From contig BCGN01000005.1 of assembly GCA_001599295.1 (NCBI GenBank), positions 1,302,001 to 1,366,000 on the forward strand: 64,000 bases of DNA, given 5' to 3'. Positions 1 through 11,400 of the stretch are shown in pieces. The stretch comes from Sporopachydermia quercuum. Taxonomy: Eukaryota. A program made the position numbers and the translations under genes. Within the stretch, counting starts at the first letter, position 1. Every line of letters starts with the position of its first letter. Under the pieces are notes generated by a model that saw nothing but the letters and a program-made list of their open reading frames with translations, did no database searches and had not been told where the DNA came from.

Positions 1-901
1 ATAACAACTGAATAGCAAATTGATGCTTGCCATTCAATGAATCTCCAACAAGAATTTCATGAAAAGAACATTCCATACATTTCGTAATAACATTGTAGTC
101 ACTGAAGAAATCATGCTCATCGATGATAGGGTAAACTGACATCCATTCTTGAAAAAATTGAGTCACTAATTGATCCATTAACAGTCTTGATGGAAAACCA
201 ATAGATTTATATAATTCAATTGAGTTGATTGAACTTGATTCGCTGTTTGAAATGTCAGTAAGACTTTGAAAAACTTTCAAAAGTTTTATATTGCGTGATG
301 GTTTCTTTTGTTTGATCTTAGTCTCTAAAGCACCTATAAATGCTCCACCAGCTGATGAGCCCATGTATCGTGAGTTTTCAGTGAGAATATTCATTTGCTG
401 GACTTCGTATTCATCGTTATCTTCATCGTCATTTTCTGATGTTGATCCGTGTAGTAATGAGCCTGCTGGTGATTGAGAAGACCCCATCATTGAATTATAA
501 CTCACTGGTGGGGATATATCAGAGTCAGTTGTTGAAGAAGCTCCTAGTTTATTAGTCAAATTTCTGATTGATAATCCAGGAGAATTCAGTGCGTCAACTC
601 GTGACAGCATTTCCAGCTGTTCATCTTTGATATCAAGCAAACCCATCATCTTCTGGTTCTCTGATTCAAGTTGTCTTACTCGATCTTCCAAAGACTCGGT
701 GTATCCTCTTGGGAATGCTCTTCTTGATAGACGATCAGAAGTTTTACACTCAAATCCAACAGCAGCACATTGTGAACAATGAGGTCTTTTACCATCACAG
801 CGAATCTTTTTACTTCTACAACGATCACATGCTTGTGAAATTCTATCNGTGTGACTTCCAGGTGGTTTGATGAGTTTCCAGGCTTGAGCACCGTCAGGCA
901 T
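1..901 (-). CDS. CAT8: Cat8/Sip4/FacB-family Zn(II)2Cys6 gluconeogenic transcription factor, 5' part only (runs off the window start)
   Basis: Not in the ORF track; translated by hand from the ATG at 901: [79 protein letters not shown], the Cat8/FacB binuclear cluster plus linker. Later sequence ([24 protein letters not shown]) fits a fungal TF middle domain. Confidence 0.88.
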   Translation of the reverse strand, partial: MPDGAQAWKLIKPPGSHXDRISQACDRCRSKKIRCDGKRPHCSQCAAVGFECKTSDRLSRRAFPRGYTESLEDRVRQLESENQKMMGLLDIKDEQLEMLSRVDALNSPGLSIRNLTNKLGASSTTDSDISPPVSYNSMMGSSQSPAGSLLHGSTSENDDEDNDEYEVQQMNILTENSRYMGSSAGGAFIGALETKIKQKKPSRNIKLLKVFQSLTDISNSESSSINSIELYKSIGFPSRLLMDQLVTQFFQEWMSVYPIIDEHDFFSDYNVITKCMECSFHEILVGDSLNGKHQFAIQLL

Positions 902-1368
902 TATGAAGGTATCTCGTTGATATAAGTTTTAAGTGCGTGACTGACGCTTTGGCCGAGATTAATATTATGATATTGAATCTGGTGTTGAAATGATGTTTAG
1001 GAATTCTATTCTGTATTAGAAAAGGTTATGTTTGACAAAAACTGTTATCAAAACACGTTTCAATAATAGCTGATTACAGCGCCAACTGTTGTAGGGTACA
1101 GCAATTCTTACTTTATAACTAACTGGTAGGTAGTAAACAAAAAATGGATACTGGTAAAATGATTGAGGTTGGTTCCTTGAATTAAAATGACAGGAATCAA
1201 ACAAATAAGAGCACCATCTACTTTTCTATAACCAAAATGTATCTTTAGAAAGAAAAGAAGACGTTGAACATAGAAATACTGAGGATATGATAGGATTAAA
1301 AAGAATTTTGGATATTCCGAAAGAAACGAGTAAGAGCGTTTGAACTGAAACTTTGCCTGATTTGCAAC

Positions 1369-3482
1369 ATTTTCTGGGGATTTCTTAATCTTAATCTTAA
1401 CTTTAACTCTAAATAGACCACCAGACCCTTTACATTAATTATTGGTCCCTAGTTAAAAGAGAAAGATCACTCCTTTCTACATAAATTATGGGGAACTGAA
1501 GGGTAGATAAAAAAATTATATAAATATATAAACTGTATTGTTAGGATGAGGCTGAACGACATTGTTACTTTTCACTGAGAGGAGCAAGTAAATTGAATTC
1601 ACTTTTCGTACTTTAGTTATTAAATGGAATTACCCTCCATCAAAAAGGTGGTTTTCACTCAGCAATTACGTTCATTTACCTGTCGATATTGATTATTAAT
1701 GTTGACAATATTATCTATCAACGATTACTGAAACCTAAAACTCGGGCCCTTCGCAGGATAAAAATCATTCCATAGTTCTCCATAAAACACCCCAGTTATA
1801 GTAATTGAATGGAGGGGCAGTTCCTGAATATTCCAACCACTACCAAACAAGCAACCAATAACTGCAAGGAAGAACTAATACCAATTCAGGCTATCGTTAA
1901 ATTGCTAGAATTAAGTTTGGCTCATCAAGTTGATATTTCAAAGTGCCAATTGGTTCGTAACCCATTTTGGTAAAATATGGTCAAGCCCACTCACTCCTTG
2001 TTGGAAGCTTGGAAAGCAACGGAACGATNGTGGACAAAGTGTCCCACCGTTGCTATTTTATACTCTGGAAGGAACAAACAACCCAGACAAAGAAAAGTAG
2101 ATTTAATGACAACTTCAGCTAAGTATACTATTATTTAAAATTATGAATCATAAATTTGATAATACATCATGCATAGAAACTCCTGTTTGTTCGATAGTTA
2201 AATAATATTGATTATTGACTGTAGATCAAAAGACCAGTAACTACCCTCTATAAAGTAGAGAAATGTCTTCGTAGAAGTAGTATAACCAAACTGATCCCAA
2301 ACATTATAGTTTCAGAATTAATCATATACAATTAAGCTGATTATCATACATAAGAAACTATTTATGACAAATATCGCCGGTTAATCCTCAACATCTTGGC
2401 TGAATTGTTTGTTTCAGAGATTTATTCTCTACTTTCAATTCACTTCAACTTTCAAAAGGAATTTTTGAGGCAATAATATCATTTTTTCATGTATTACCAA
2501 CCCTTTTATTTTATCTATATCATTCCATTGCATTGAATCGCTTACCTAGTGTTCGATTGTTTCTAATCTTTTATTTGCATTCAATTTGAGGGTTTAGGAT
2601 ACTAATTACGTTTCTGCTTCTATGGAGTGAGAATGAGATTGAACTTTAAACCCATTTTGCGGAGATAGTCTAAACTTAGTCTCTGTAGACCCTTTGTACT
2701 TTAAATACTTTCGCCAAGAGTCCGGGGTGCATACTTTTTACATGTTTTGGGTTTCTTTTACGTGTCCAATTATTTAACATTATTTTCTACTTTTTAATTT
2801 CACTTGACCTGATAGGACTTTAAAAAGTGTAATCTTTTAGCAAATTCAAACAGCACATCAGTAATTGGTGGTTCGATGTCTTTCGAGTATTTCTAGTATC
2901 ACTTTTGTGGAATAGTTATCAAGGCATGGTAGGAATTAGAACTAATTAATGTTTCAATTTTGATTGTAGTTTGCAGATTGTTAGTACTCTTCTATGTATA
3001 TTTGTCTGAAGTCTGTATAAGAAATGCAGCTATGATCATCAAACTGCATATGGGATACTTTAGTACTGTCATTGTTATATAGTTGGCATGTTCAATCAAT
3101 TTGCGTTTGTCTGTTCAAACATCTCTAATGAAAACTATACCTAAGTTGTTTTCTTTTTTTGCACACTGAAATCTGTGCGACTTTCCTCTTGATTTTCTTC
3201 TCTCTCCTAAGACACTCTTGCCCCACGATATATTTCTGGTATTGAATAAGTCATATCCTTTGGTGATAAATCCTATTCTAATACCCAAAGTCTAAGAATA
3301 ATATAGAGTATTTTTGTTGAAATATGTACAGAACTAGTGGGTGCTTTAGGAAGCATGTCTTGTAGATTTTAGAGCAGGAATAAGATTGAATGCCTAGTGA
3401 GACACGGGAAACTCTATCATTAGGTGCTTTTTAATTAAAGTTTTACTTGAAGAGCTAAGTTTAACATGTTGCCCCGCGTTTT
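1369..3482. promoter_or_regulatory. Cluster of Mig1/CreA-type sites (AT-rich flank + SYGGGG) upstream of CAT8
   Basis: ATTTTCTGGGG 1369-1379; CCCCAGTTATA 1790-1800; CCCCACGATATATTT from 3221; CCCCGCGTTTT from 3472; weaker CCGGGG at 2722. Confidence 0.5.
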
Positions 3483-4337
3483 CAGGATTTTTATACATTC
3501 GGATAGAAGTAAAGCGTGATCCGATCGCCTCAAGGAATAAAATATTGAAGGTTTTGAAGATGAGATGTGAAGAGTGATAGGTTATTAGGAGAGCTTAAAT
3601 TGAGTCATTTTAAGATGTACAGGTCCGCCTCAAGAAAGTTGAAATATTATAGATAGGTCTATGATGCTTTTCCGTCAAAGTACAAGTTTGTTTCTTCGTC
3701 CTAGCGCCGGTTAAGCCACCAGAACTTTTCGTTGTTTTATTCAACCTATATATCTTACTTAGCAAGAAGTAAATCTAGCATGGAACTAAGTATGATTCTT
3801 CTAAACGTTGAGTCGGCCATATAACCATTGAACGATTGGTCACTTTATCTAACTTGATATGCCTCGCTTAGCGGATCATTTCAACTTTCTCTCCTTAAAT
3901 TATTTAAACCTTACTTAACGGCCCACTATCGTTGATCCAGTAAAGGGTGAAGCTAAGGTAAAAGCCTATACCAATCATTCATATTAATCAGTTTCCTTCT
4001 CATTGCCCTCTAGGACCCTCTTCAAGTTACAGCACGAACAACACAGCAAAAGCTCCCCAAAAAAATCTGAATTGATATATGACTATATCCAGTTCTATAT
4101 TTCAACCTTCAATTCCACTCCTAGTTTCAGAATTTACAGTTTCTAACAATATATCAACTATCTTTCTTTACTCATCCTATCAACGTATCCTGTCTTATAT
4201 TCGAACAGTTTCCTCTGATCAATCTCCAGCCTTCCCCCGTATACATCTCAACTACTTTACGCTCACCTAATCTTGAATTCCCTTCTTTTATCACATCTCC
4301 CCTCGGAGTCTCATATTATGATCACATGACCTACAGG

Positions 4338-4347
4338 AAAATTTTCA
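4338..4347 (-). promoter_or_regulatory. RRPE/RGE element upstream of the PPR gene
   Basis: AAAATTTTCA (TGAAAATTTT on minus) about 225 nt before the ATG at 4567, next to TCACATGAC at 4322. Confidence 0.45.
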
Positions 4348-4566
4348 TTTGCTCTATCAGAACGCTTTTCTTTGTAACAGAATAGCTAGATCAGTACCGC
4401 ATAATCTACTAGATGAACAGGATTGAATATATTCCACTTATTATATGCAAACCAGTCTATGTAAAATACTTGCATAATCAGCCCCACCCTCACACCCACC
4501 CTCAATACTATCCTCAAGACTGTTTGGGATAAGTCTTGTCTCCAGACAATACCAGCATTGATCATA

Positions 4567-7500
4567 ATGCTGCGTCTATCCTCTTTATCAGTGAAGTCAT
4601 TCAAATCACCATGTCCTCATATATGCTTTTCAACAAGCGCAAAGCAAGGCGGGCAATTCAGAGTAAAAGCATTCTACAAAAGTAGATCGGGCAATTTTAA
4701 GAAGCCGCAACCTGATTATAAATTCGCTGAACGAGAAAAGTACAATACTGTCAGAAGAACATCCGAGGACCGTATTCTAGGTCTAGTATATGACAAACTT
4801 TATGGCAAAGGCCATAGTCCAGAAGAACAGAAGATCAAAATTGGTCCCCGATCAACCGAGGATTATGCTCTGTTGAATCTCAAGAATAAGCAGGTAGTTT
4901 ACAAGTCTCTTGGTGTTACTGCTGAACAATTAAAAGACCCTTATCTTGTTGGAAGAGATACCCTGAAGTTTTTGAAATATCGGCAATTATCAAAAGCTAT
5001 GGTTCTTGTTCAAAATGCAGGAGAAACCGGAACTTTTGGTTTTAATAGCATTCTCATATATCTTTTGGATCAATTCAGACTGAGAGGTGCTTCTGAACTC
5101 TTCAACCACATGAGACGTCATAATGTACCTCCTAATGAGTATACATACACATTACTATTTAATGGGTTCTCAACAAAAGGGAAAACAGCAACTGTTGCTC
5201 ATGCGAAAAGGCTTTATTTCGAAGCTGAAAAACTGTTAAAAAGGTCTGATGACAAGGTCGTGATTCCCAATATTATTCATTTGAACAGTGCCCTGAAAGC
5301 CCTACTAATGTCTGATTACCCAGAACTAGGTTGGAAGTTGTATGACAATGCTGTTCTCAACTGGAACAAGGTTGAATGGGACCGAATGATACCTGATGCT
5401 ACTACCTATACAATTTTGCTCAAAGCTCTAGGTGATATGGAGAAATCAGAACACTCATCAACAAGCAACAAGAATCCTAATGATGGTCAAACGGCTTCTT
5501 CTTCTACTTCTCTGAGTCAGAATTCATACATCCAGAGTCGTAATACCCCCGTAGATAAACATGATCCCGCTTATCGTTTACCTTTAGCTCGTCCCTTATT
5601 CCTTCCTGAACATGTTTCTGTAGATTTGGATCCTATACAGAAAGCTAAGGAGTTGTGGCGAACCATTTTGGGCAGATCAAATGGCAACCAACTCATTGTT
5701 GATCAACATTTAGTTACTTCGTTCGCTAAAGTTCTGGTCAAACATGGTGGTCATGAAGAACTCAGACTAGCTGCAAAACTACTTAACTCGTGGTTCAATT
5801 TTTTGCCCAAAGTTGGTACTGGAATTGGAGTAGACAAGTCCAGCCTGAATCCTTCTGGAAAGAAATTGCCTGTCAATATGGTTGTGCTTGATATTTATAT
5901 GACAACCCTCAATCGTTTGAATAAACATGAGTTGTGTGTCAAATCATTTGAGTCAGTGACAACAAATCCGAGTTTCTTTACTAGTCTCTACAAATCTCAG
6001 TTCTCTCGGGCATGGAAAAACAAGCGTAGCGAACAGGCTCAAAAGCTTCGGAAACTTGAGAAATTCGCCAATGGTAAACTCACTGATCTTCCGAATACTC
6101 AATTATTAGATGACTTTGTTCCTAAATATGCAATTTACAGAGAAGACGGTGGCGACATGAAATCTCCTATAAGACTCCTCTTGGATCAGCATAGTTATCA
6201 AATGTACTATGAATCGTTGATCAAGATATCTGGCTCTAGTGATGATGTATTCAGAACCCTTTGCCATGAATTAGATCCTAATATGCATCATGTGAATGTA
6301 ATTGAAAGTCTTCTAGTTTCTGCTATCTATGCTTTAGGCTCTTGTTTTAAAGCAGATGTTGCATACCCTTTGATTCAAAGCTTACTGTTACGATATGTAG
6401 AACTTGCTCCTAAGAACGCTAACGATGAAGATGAAAAGAACGCTTCTATCTATGTGAATGCTGACAAGTATGTCGATGAGCTCAACTATGGTGATGAGAT
6501 GTCTAAAGAATTAGATGCAGAAATAACAGAAGATGTGGAAGAAGACATGAAAGAAATGGATGAAAACTGGAGTTCAAGACCTCAATTGAAGCCAACTTCA
6601 GCTAAAAGGCTAAAAGAAATTGGAAGCGCCTCTGTTTGTACTCCTGCCTATAAACTTGATGATCCTGTTGTTCAGATTCCCATGACAGTACCAATTCTGG
6701 CTACTTATGTTGATAATATATCTGAAGGATTAAATACATTCTCCTTTGAAGAACAACTGAGATATTTCAACTATATTCACAGTTACCAGTACATTTATAA
6801 CATCAAAATGCATCTTGCTATTGTTCGGGGTAATGAAGATTTCCGTGAAAGAGCTCATGTTAAAAAGAGATTAAAGATCAAAGAAGCAAAGCTTATGTTT
6901 GAAGGCATGCCAGGGAAACCAGAATATTCTTTTGATCATCACGATATCAAGACCGAAATCACTAAAGGATCTGTCCATGATCCTATTACTCCTGATAAAC
7001 GTACCGTTGAGTATTTCAGTGATATAACTGATATTAGACTTGCTGGCATTGCAACAATCAGTAGAATCTTACAACGACTGAATAACGAAACGAAAGATGA
7101 GTACACTTTAGCTGAAAAGCTGGAAACATACAGAAAATGGTACGTGAGGCAAGTCGTTTTTTATGAAGAGTTTGCAGGAGTAAGAGTGAATCCTAGGCAT
7201 AATGCGGATTATCTTCGCAATGAGGCTAAAACTGGCATTCATTTCAAGCCGAAAACTCTTTGGAAACGTAGAGCCTTTAAGCTTAGAAAGCCAAACGGCC
7301 GATTAAGATATTTGGAGAATAAGCCCTTTGATGAGGGTTTAGATTATATAGATGATGATGTCATTAAAAAGCAACTAAAAGATGAAAGGAAAAAGATTAA
7401 GGTGAACCAACCAAGTATTGAGCGAAAACCTGATGGTGCTTTTGTAGGTAGAGGTATAGGAGAAAATGCCAGCCAAGATGCTTACCCTCCAGTTGATAGC

Positions 7501-7716
7501 CAAGTGGCTAAATACACCAGAGAATATAAAAATGGGTTTTCCTCTCATTCTCCTAAAAAGCTTAAAATCCCTGGTATAAGTACGAGAACAGAAATTAAAG
7601 GAGGTGAAAGAAGAAAGGCAATGCGTGAGAAGGCTCAAAGCATTGTTGACAAGGTTCAGAAGGAGAAAGAGGAATTTAATTCAAAGAAAGATAGAGTAAA
7701 GTATTTTGAGGCGTAA
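4567..7716 (+). CDS. Mitochondrial pentatricopeptide-repeat (PPR) RNA-binding protein, 1049 aa (possibly MRX1-like)
   Basis: First ATG at 4567 (the track starts at TTG 4558). Arg/Ser-rich presequence-like N-terminus. PPR motifs: FGFNSILIYLL...PNEYTYTLLFNGF, PNIIHLNSALKAL, PDATTYTILLKALG, NMVVLDIYMTTL. Confidence 0.8.
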   Translation: MLRLSSLSVKSFKSPCPHICFSTSAKQGGQFRVKAFYKSRSGNFKKPQPDYKFAEREKYNTVRRTSEDRILGLVYDKLYGKGHSPEEQKIKIGPRSTEDYALLNLKNKQVVYKSLGVTAEQLKDPYLVGRDTLKFLKYRQLSKAMVLVQNAGETGTFGFNSILIYLLDQFRLRGASELFNHMRRHNVPPNEYTYTLLFNGFSTKGKTATVAHAKRLYFEAEKLLKRSDDKVVIPNIIHLNSALKALLMSDYPELGWKLYDNAVLNWNKVEWDRMIPDATTYTILLKALGDMEKSEHSSTSNKNPNDGQTASSSTSLSQNSYIQSRNTPVDKHDPAYRLPLARPLFLPEHVSVDLDPIQKAKELWRTILGRSNGNQLIVDQHLVTSFAKVLVKHGGHEELRLAAKLLNSWFNFLPKVGTGIGVDKSSLNPSGKKLPVNMVVLDIYMTTLNRLNKHELCVKSFESVTTNPSFFTSLYKSQFSRAWKNKRSEQAQKLRKLEKFANGKLTDLPNTQLLDDFVPKYAIYREDGGDMKSPIRLLLDQHSYQMYYESLIKISGSSDDVFRTLCHELDPNMHHVNVIESLLVSAIYALGSCFKADVAYPLIQSLLLRYVELAPKNANDEDEKNASIYVNADKYVDELNYGDEMSKELDAEITEDVEEDMKEMDENWSSRPQLKPTSAKRLKEIGSASVCTPAYKLDDPVVQIPMTVPILATYVDNISEGLNTFSFEEQLRYFNYIHSYQYIYNIKMHLAIVRGNEDFRERAHVKKRLKIKEAKLMFEGMPGKPEYSFDHHDIKTEITKGSVHDPITPDKRTVEYFSDITDIRLAGIATISRILQRLNNETKDEYTLAEKLETYRKWYVRQVVFYEEFAGVRVNPRHNADYLRNEAKTGIHFKPKTLWKRRAFKLRKPNGRLRYLENKPFDEGLDYIDDDVIKKQLKDERKKIKVNQPSIERKPDGAFVGRGIGENASQDAYPPVDSQVAKYTREYKNGFSSHSPKKLKIPGISTRTEIKGGERRKAMREKAQSIVDKVQKEKEEFNSKKDRVKYFEA

Positions 7717-8267
7717 GAGAAGTCAATGAAAAATAGAGTATTGAATGCTTTTCAGTAGAAGCAAGCTGAAGTCAAAGATAGTTCAATTGAACCCAATTCT
7801 GTAATTCGGTTTATTAACAAAGATAATGTGAACAGCAGTGCACTTTATTGTATCTATCAGATCATCCTCCTTGGTGAACATTGTCTTGTACTGCTGCTTT
7901 ATAAGTGACTGATGAACAAATAAATCACAGCATTCTATCAGTGATTTTATGCGAGGTATATGAAATAATGAGATGATGTTTTTTCCGTTGGCTATTTAGC
8001 CTTATTCATTCCATTACTTTTATCCTATATAAACTCTATATCGAATAACGGATATGTTGTGTTATTGGTAAATGGTTAAAGAGGTCTTGATTTAATAGTA
8101 TGAATGAAGCAGAGGTTGGGTGAAAGATATTAGTCTTTTCATTTCAGCTCTTTCTTTTCTCTTTCTCTCACATACTATTTGTCTTTTTGGTTATCTGGCT
8201 ATCTGATTATCTCGTTATTTGGTGATTTGGTTGCTTATATGACTTTATATGTTTATATACTTAACTA

Positions 8268-8277
8268 CTTGTAAATA
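8268..8277 (+). promoter_or_regulatory. Puf3-type 3'-UTR element (CTTGTAAATA) downstream of the PPR gene
   Basis: Matches CNTGTANATA about 550 nt after the stop; identical to the SLS1 element. Confidence 0.45.
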
Positions 8278-8401
8278 GAATTTCTAACATTTATTATCAG
8301 TAAACTTATTATCAGTAATTAAATGATTGTATATCTAGCTGAACCAGAAAGATTTCCGGATTTATCACCACTGTCATCTACCGCCTTTTGGTTCTTGTTG
8401 C

Positions 8402-11400
8402 TCATTTATATGTTGCATAGGTTCGCATGTAATTGATAGCATTCTCTTCAATCAACCCAGTAAAGTTAAACGTATTGAAGTGGTTGACCTCATCCTCACT
8501 GCTAACTTCTTCTCCGCTATCTTCATTATCCTCATTGTAATTACTATCATCACGACCATTCAACTCGGCATTTCTTTCCCTCTGCCTTTCCTTATAATTC
8601 CTCTTAATTTCTTCTCTGCTTTGGATCCTAAACTCTTCTATTGGGATATTATAGGTCGTGGCTTTTTCTGAGTTCAAATCACAGACATTGCTGTATCTCT
8701 CTATTTCCTCTTCGCTTAGCAAATCTTCCGTTTCCCTATCAAAAACACTGTCAAAAGGTCCATTTGGCTTTAGCATAATTGGTGGAGGAGGCTGAGGATC
8801 AGGTGCTAAACTGATGACTTGATCGTATCTGATACCTGTTGGTGTTTCAACAGGAGCAAATCTAATGCCTATGCCTGAGCTTGGGCTCTCGCTCGGTTTT
8901 TTGCTTGAAGCTGCTGTGGTTGAATATCCGCTTCCAGAATTTAAATCAATGTCCTCCTCCTTGAACGTGCTGAGCCACGTTAAAAGAACATGTTCTTCAG
9001 CTCTGGAAACTTCGTGGTCTTCTTTCCCAGTGATACATGTTTCAGCATCAAACAATCTTAGCTGTAGAGGATCGTCAAGCAGTTCATTAGCTAGGATAAT
9101 TTCCTGTTGTTTCCTCTCACTCAGAGATTCAAACGGCTCATTGGATGTAATAAAATAAGGAGAATAATCACCTGCAGATATCATAGTATCCAGAGCATCA
9201 GAGCCAGTACTAGAAATTGGTGCAGGCGTAGAAATGCATGAAGGAAGATGAGCGGAAGAAGCCTCGGCATGGTACTTACCACTAGTGCTACTTTTGGCAT
9301 CGCCTTTATTCCCATACTGGGGAGAGCTTCCTTTATACGTAGCGATTGATTCCAAGTCAGAATCATCGTCAGAAGAGTATGTCAATATATTTAGAGTGTC
9401 CTGAATATTTGACGATGATGCTGAAGACGCTAGTTTTGATGTCTTGTTTGGTAGAATCCCACCAAATAAAATGTAGTCGGATATACGGTGTTTGATGGAT
9501 TCCGATTCTGCTGATAAAAAAGGAGATTCCGGGCCTGATCCTTGGTCGGATGCCACCTCCTGGCGAACATTGCCGGTAGGACTATTTAACGGACTTGGAG
9601 TGCTCGAAACTGTAGTCAGATCTATGCCTGGAGGAATAGCGGTGCTGTCATTCTGCAGATAATGCTCTCCGTGTTCAATAGAACCGATCGTACTACTAGT
9701 AATGGTTTCCTGTATAGCGCTAGTAATATTTGTAGTGATTCTTGTAGTTATAGCACTGCTAGCATTTATACTACCACCGTTCATAGGATTCGACTTTACT
9801 GGCTGTGATCCTCGTTGAGGTACATGATTTACAGTAAATTGTGCTTTTTGAATGCTTTGTTGAGTACTTGATAGTTCATCAACTGTAGATGGCGCAGTGT
9901 TATTACCAGACATGCCAATACTTTTGTCTTCCACTAAGGAGTTCTTTATATTATTCTCTGTCTTGCTTATCGTATCTGCAGCACCGTCAACACTACCATT
10001 CTCACTCTCATTCTCATTATTACCCTCTTGATTCTCCGATACTAAATCCTCATCCTCCAAATAATCTAAATACGTCCGAACCTCTTCATTGTCATACCTT
10101 CTTTCTATAAGCTTCTGTTTACCGTAAGGTACAACTCGTCTCAGTCTTTCCTTTCTTCTCCCCCGTTTCTTATATTTCTCCCTACTAACAGCAAACATCT
10201 TACCAAGAAAACCCCAATCAACACGCCTGTTGATTCCCCTCGTATTATAATCTGCATTCAGATCATTCACAGCTTTCTCTATGTCATGGACATCGATTGG
10301 CCTTAGAAACACCTTAGATACAAGATTGAACCCACTTAAACTCGGGTACCCAATTACAGCTTCGGGGTCATTTTTCATCGCTGGGGTTAAGAAAAGGGTC
10401 TGGCTAGTATCCAGTTGAAAGGAAATATGAGATTTGATGTCATGGGGTACGCTGTTTTCCACTTTATCATAATCAACAGAGCCTATAGCAGTACCAAAAG
10501 ACATATTAGCAATGGAATCTGAATACTCGCCCTGTTTTCTGGTTTTCTTTGCTTTCGTTTTCCTGCGTCGTTTTGTTTGCTTTTCTAGATGCTCGGAAAG
10601 TACTTCCAGGGGTTTAGGGATTATTTCTATCGGCTCCTTTTGTTTGGATTTTGATTTTCTTTTTCGTTTAGAAGTTGATTCGGGAGCATTGGAACGAATG
10701 TAACGATCCCTTTCTTCGTCTGTGCTGATGTATTCGTAGTCTTTTCCTTTAGTAGTTGCAGTAGTAGTGCTAGTGTTAGTGGTATTAGTATTATCTACTA
10801 TTATTATGTCACCATCGCCATCACTATGATTATAATTAACATTACTATTAATACTTTGAGTACTATTAGTAAAAATACTATCATTCCCATCATTCTCCTT
10901 CCTTTCTGTTTCCCTTTTAATCTTCAAATCATAACCCCTCTCCTGAATCAACCCTTCAGGGAAACACCAATTATCATGTAATCTATTAGCTACAGCTCGA
11001 TAAATCACCATTTCTACAATATACCTTATAATGGTCTCAACCAACTCAAGTGCGTCATCAAATATAACCACTGGCACATCAAACAGCTTATTGTCTCGAG
11101 GTATCAAACAACTCATCATACTTATCATATGTTTGTGGAAATTTGTCATATTGAATAACCCATTTGACCTCGGATAGTATAATATTTGCTCGTTATTTTC
11201 AGTGATTCCATCCAAACGTAATTCGTTATGGTCAATTGACTCAGGAAAAGGTTTGGGTTTGTGATTCAGTTCTTTGTTCAGCTCATATTCTTCGTCATAC
11301 TTAAGCACTTTCTCAGCAAACTTGCATTCTACTTGCACCCATTCAGTGCTCATTTCTCTTGCAAAGGGCATTTCATTATACTTCACCAGTTCGTTCTTAT

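Noticed and set aside
676..891. 71-aa minus-strand ORF from the track
   Set aside because: Alternative frame over the real CAT8 zinc-cluster coding region.
2865..2885. GGTGGTTCGATG resembling a tRNA T-loop
   Set aside because: No complementary 3' stem.
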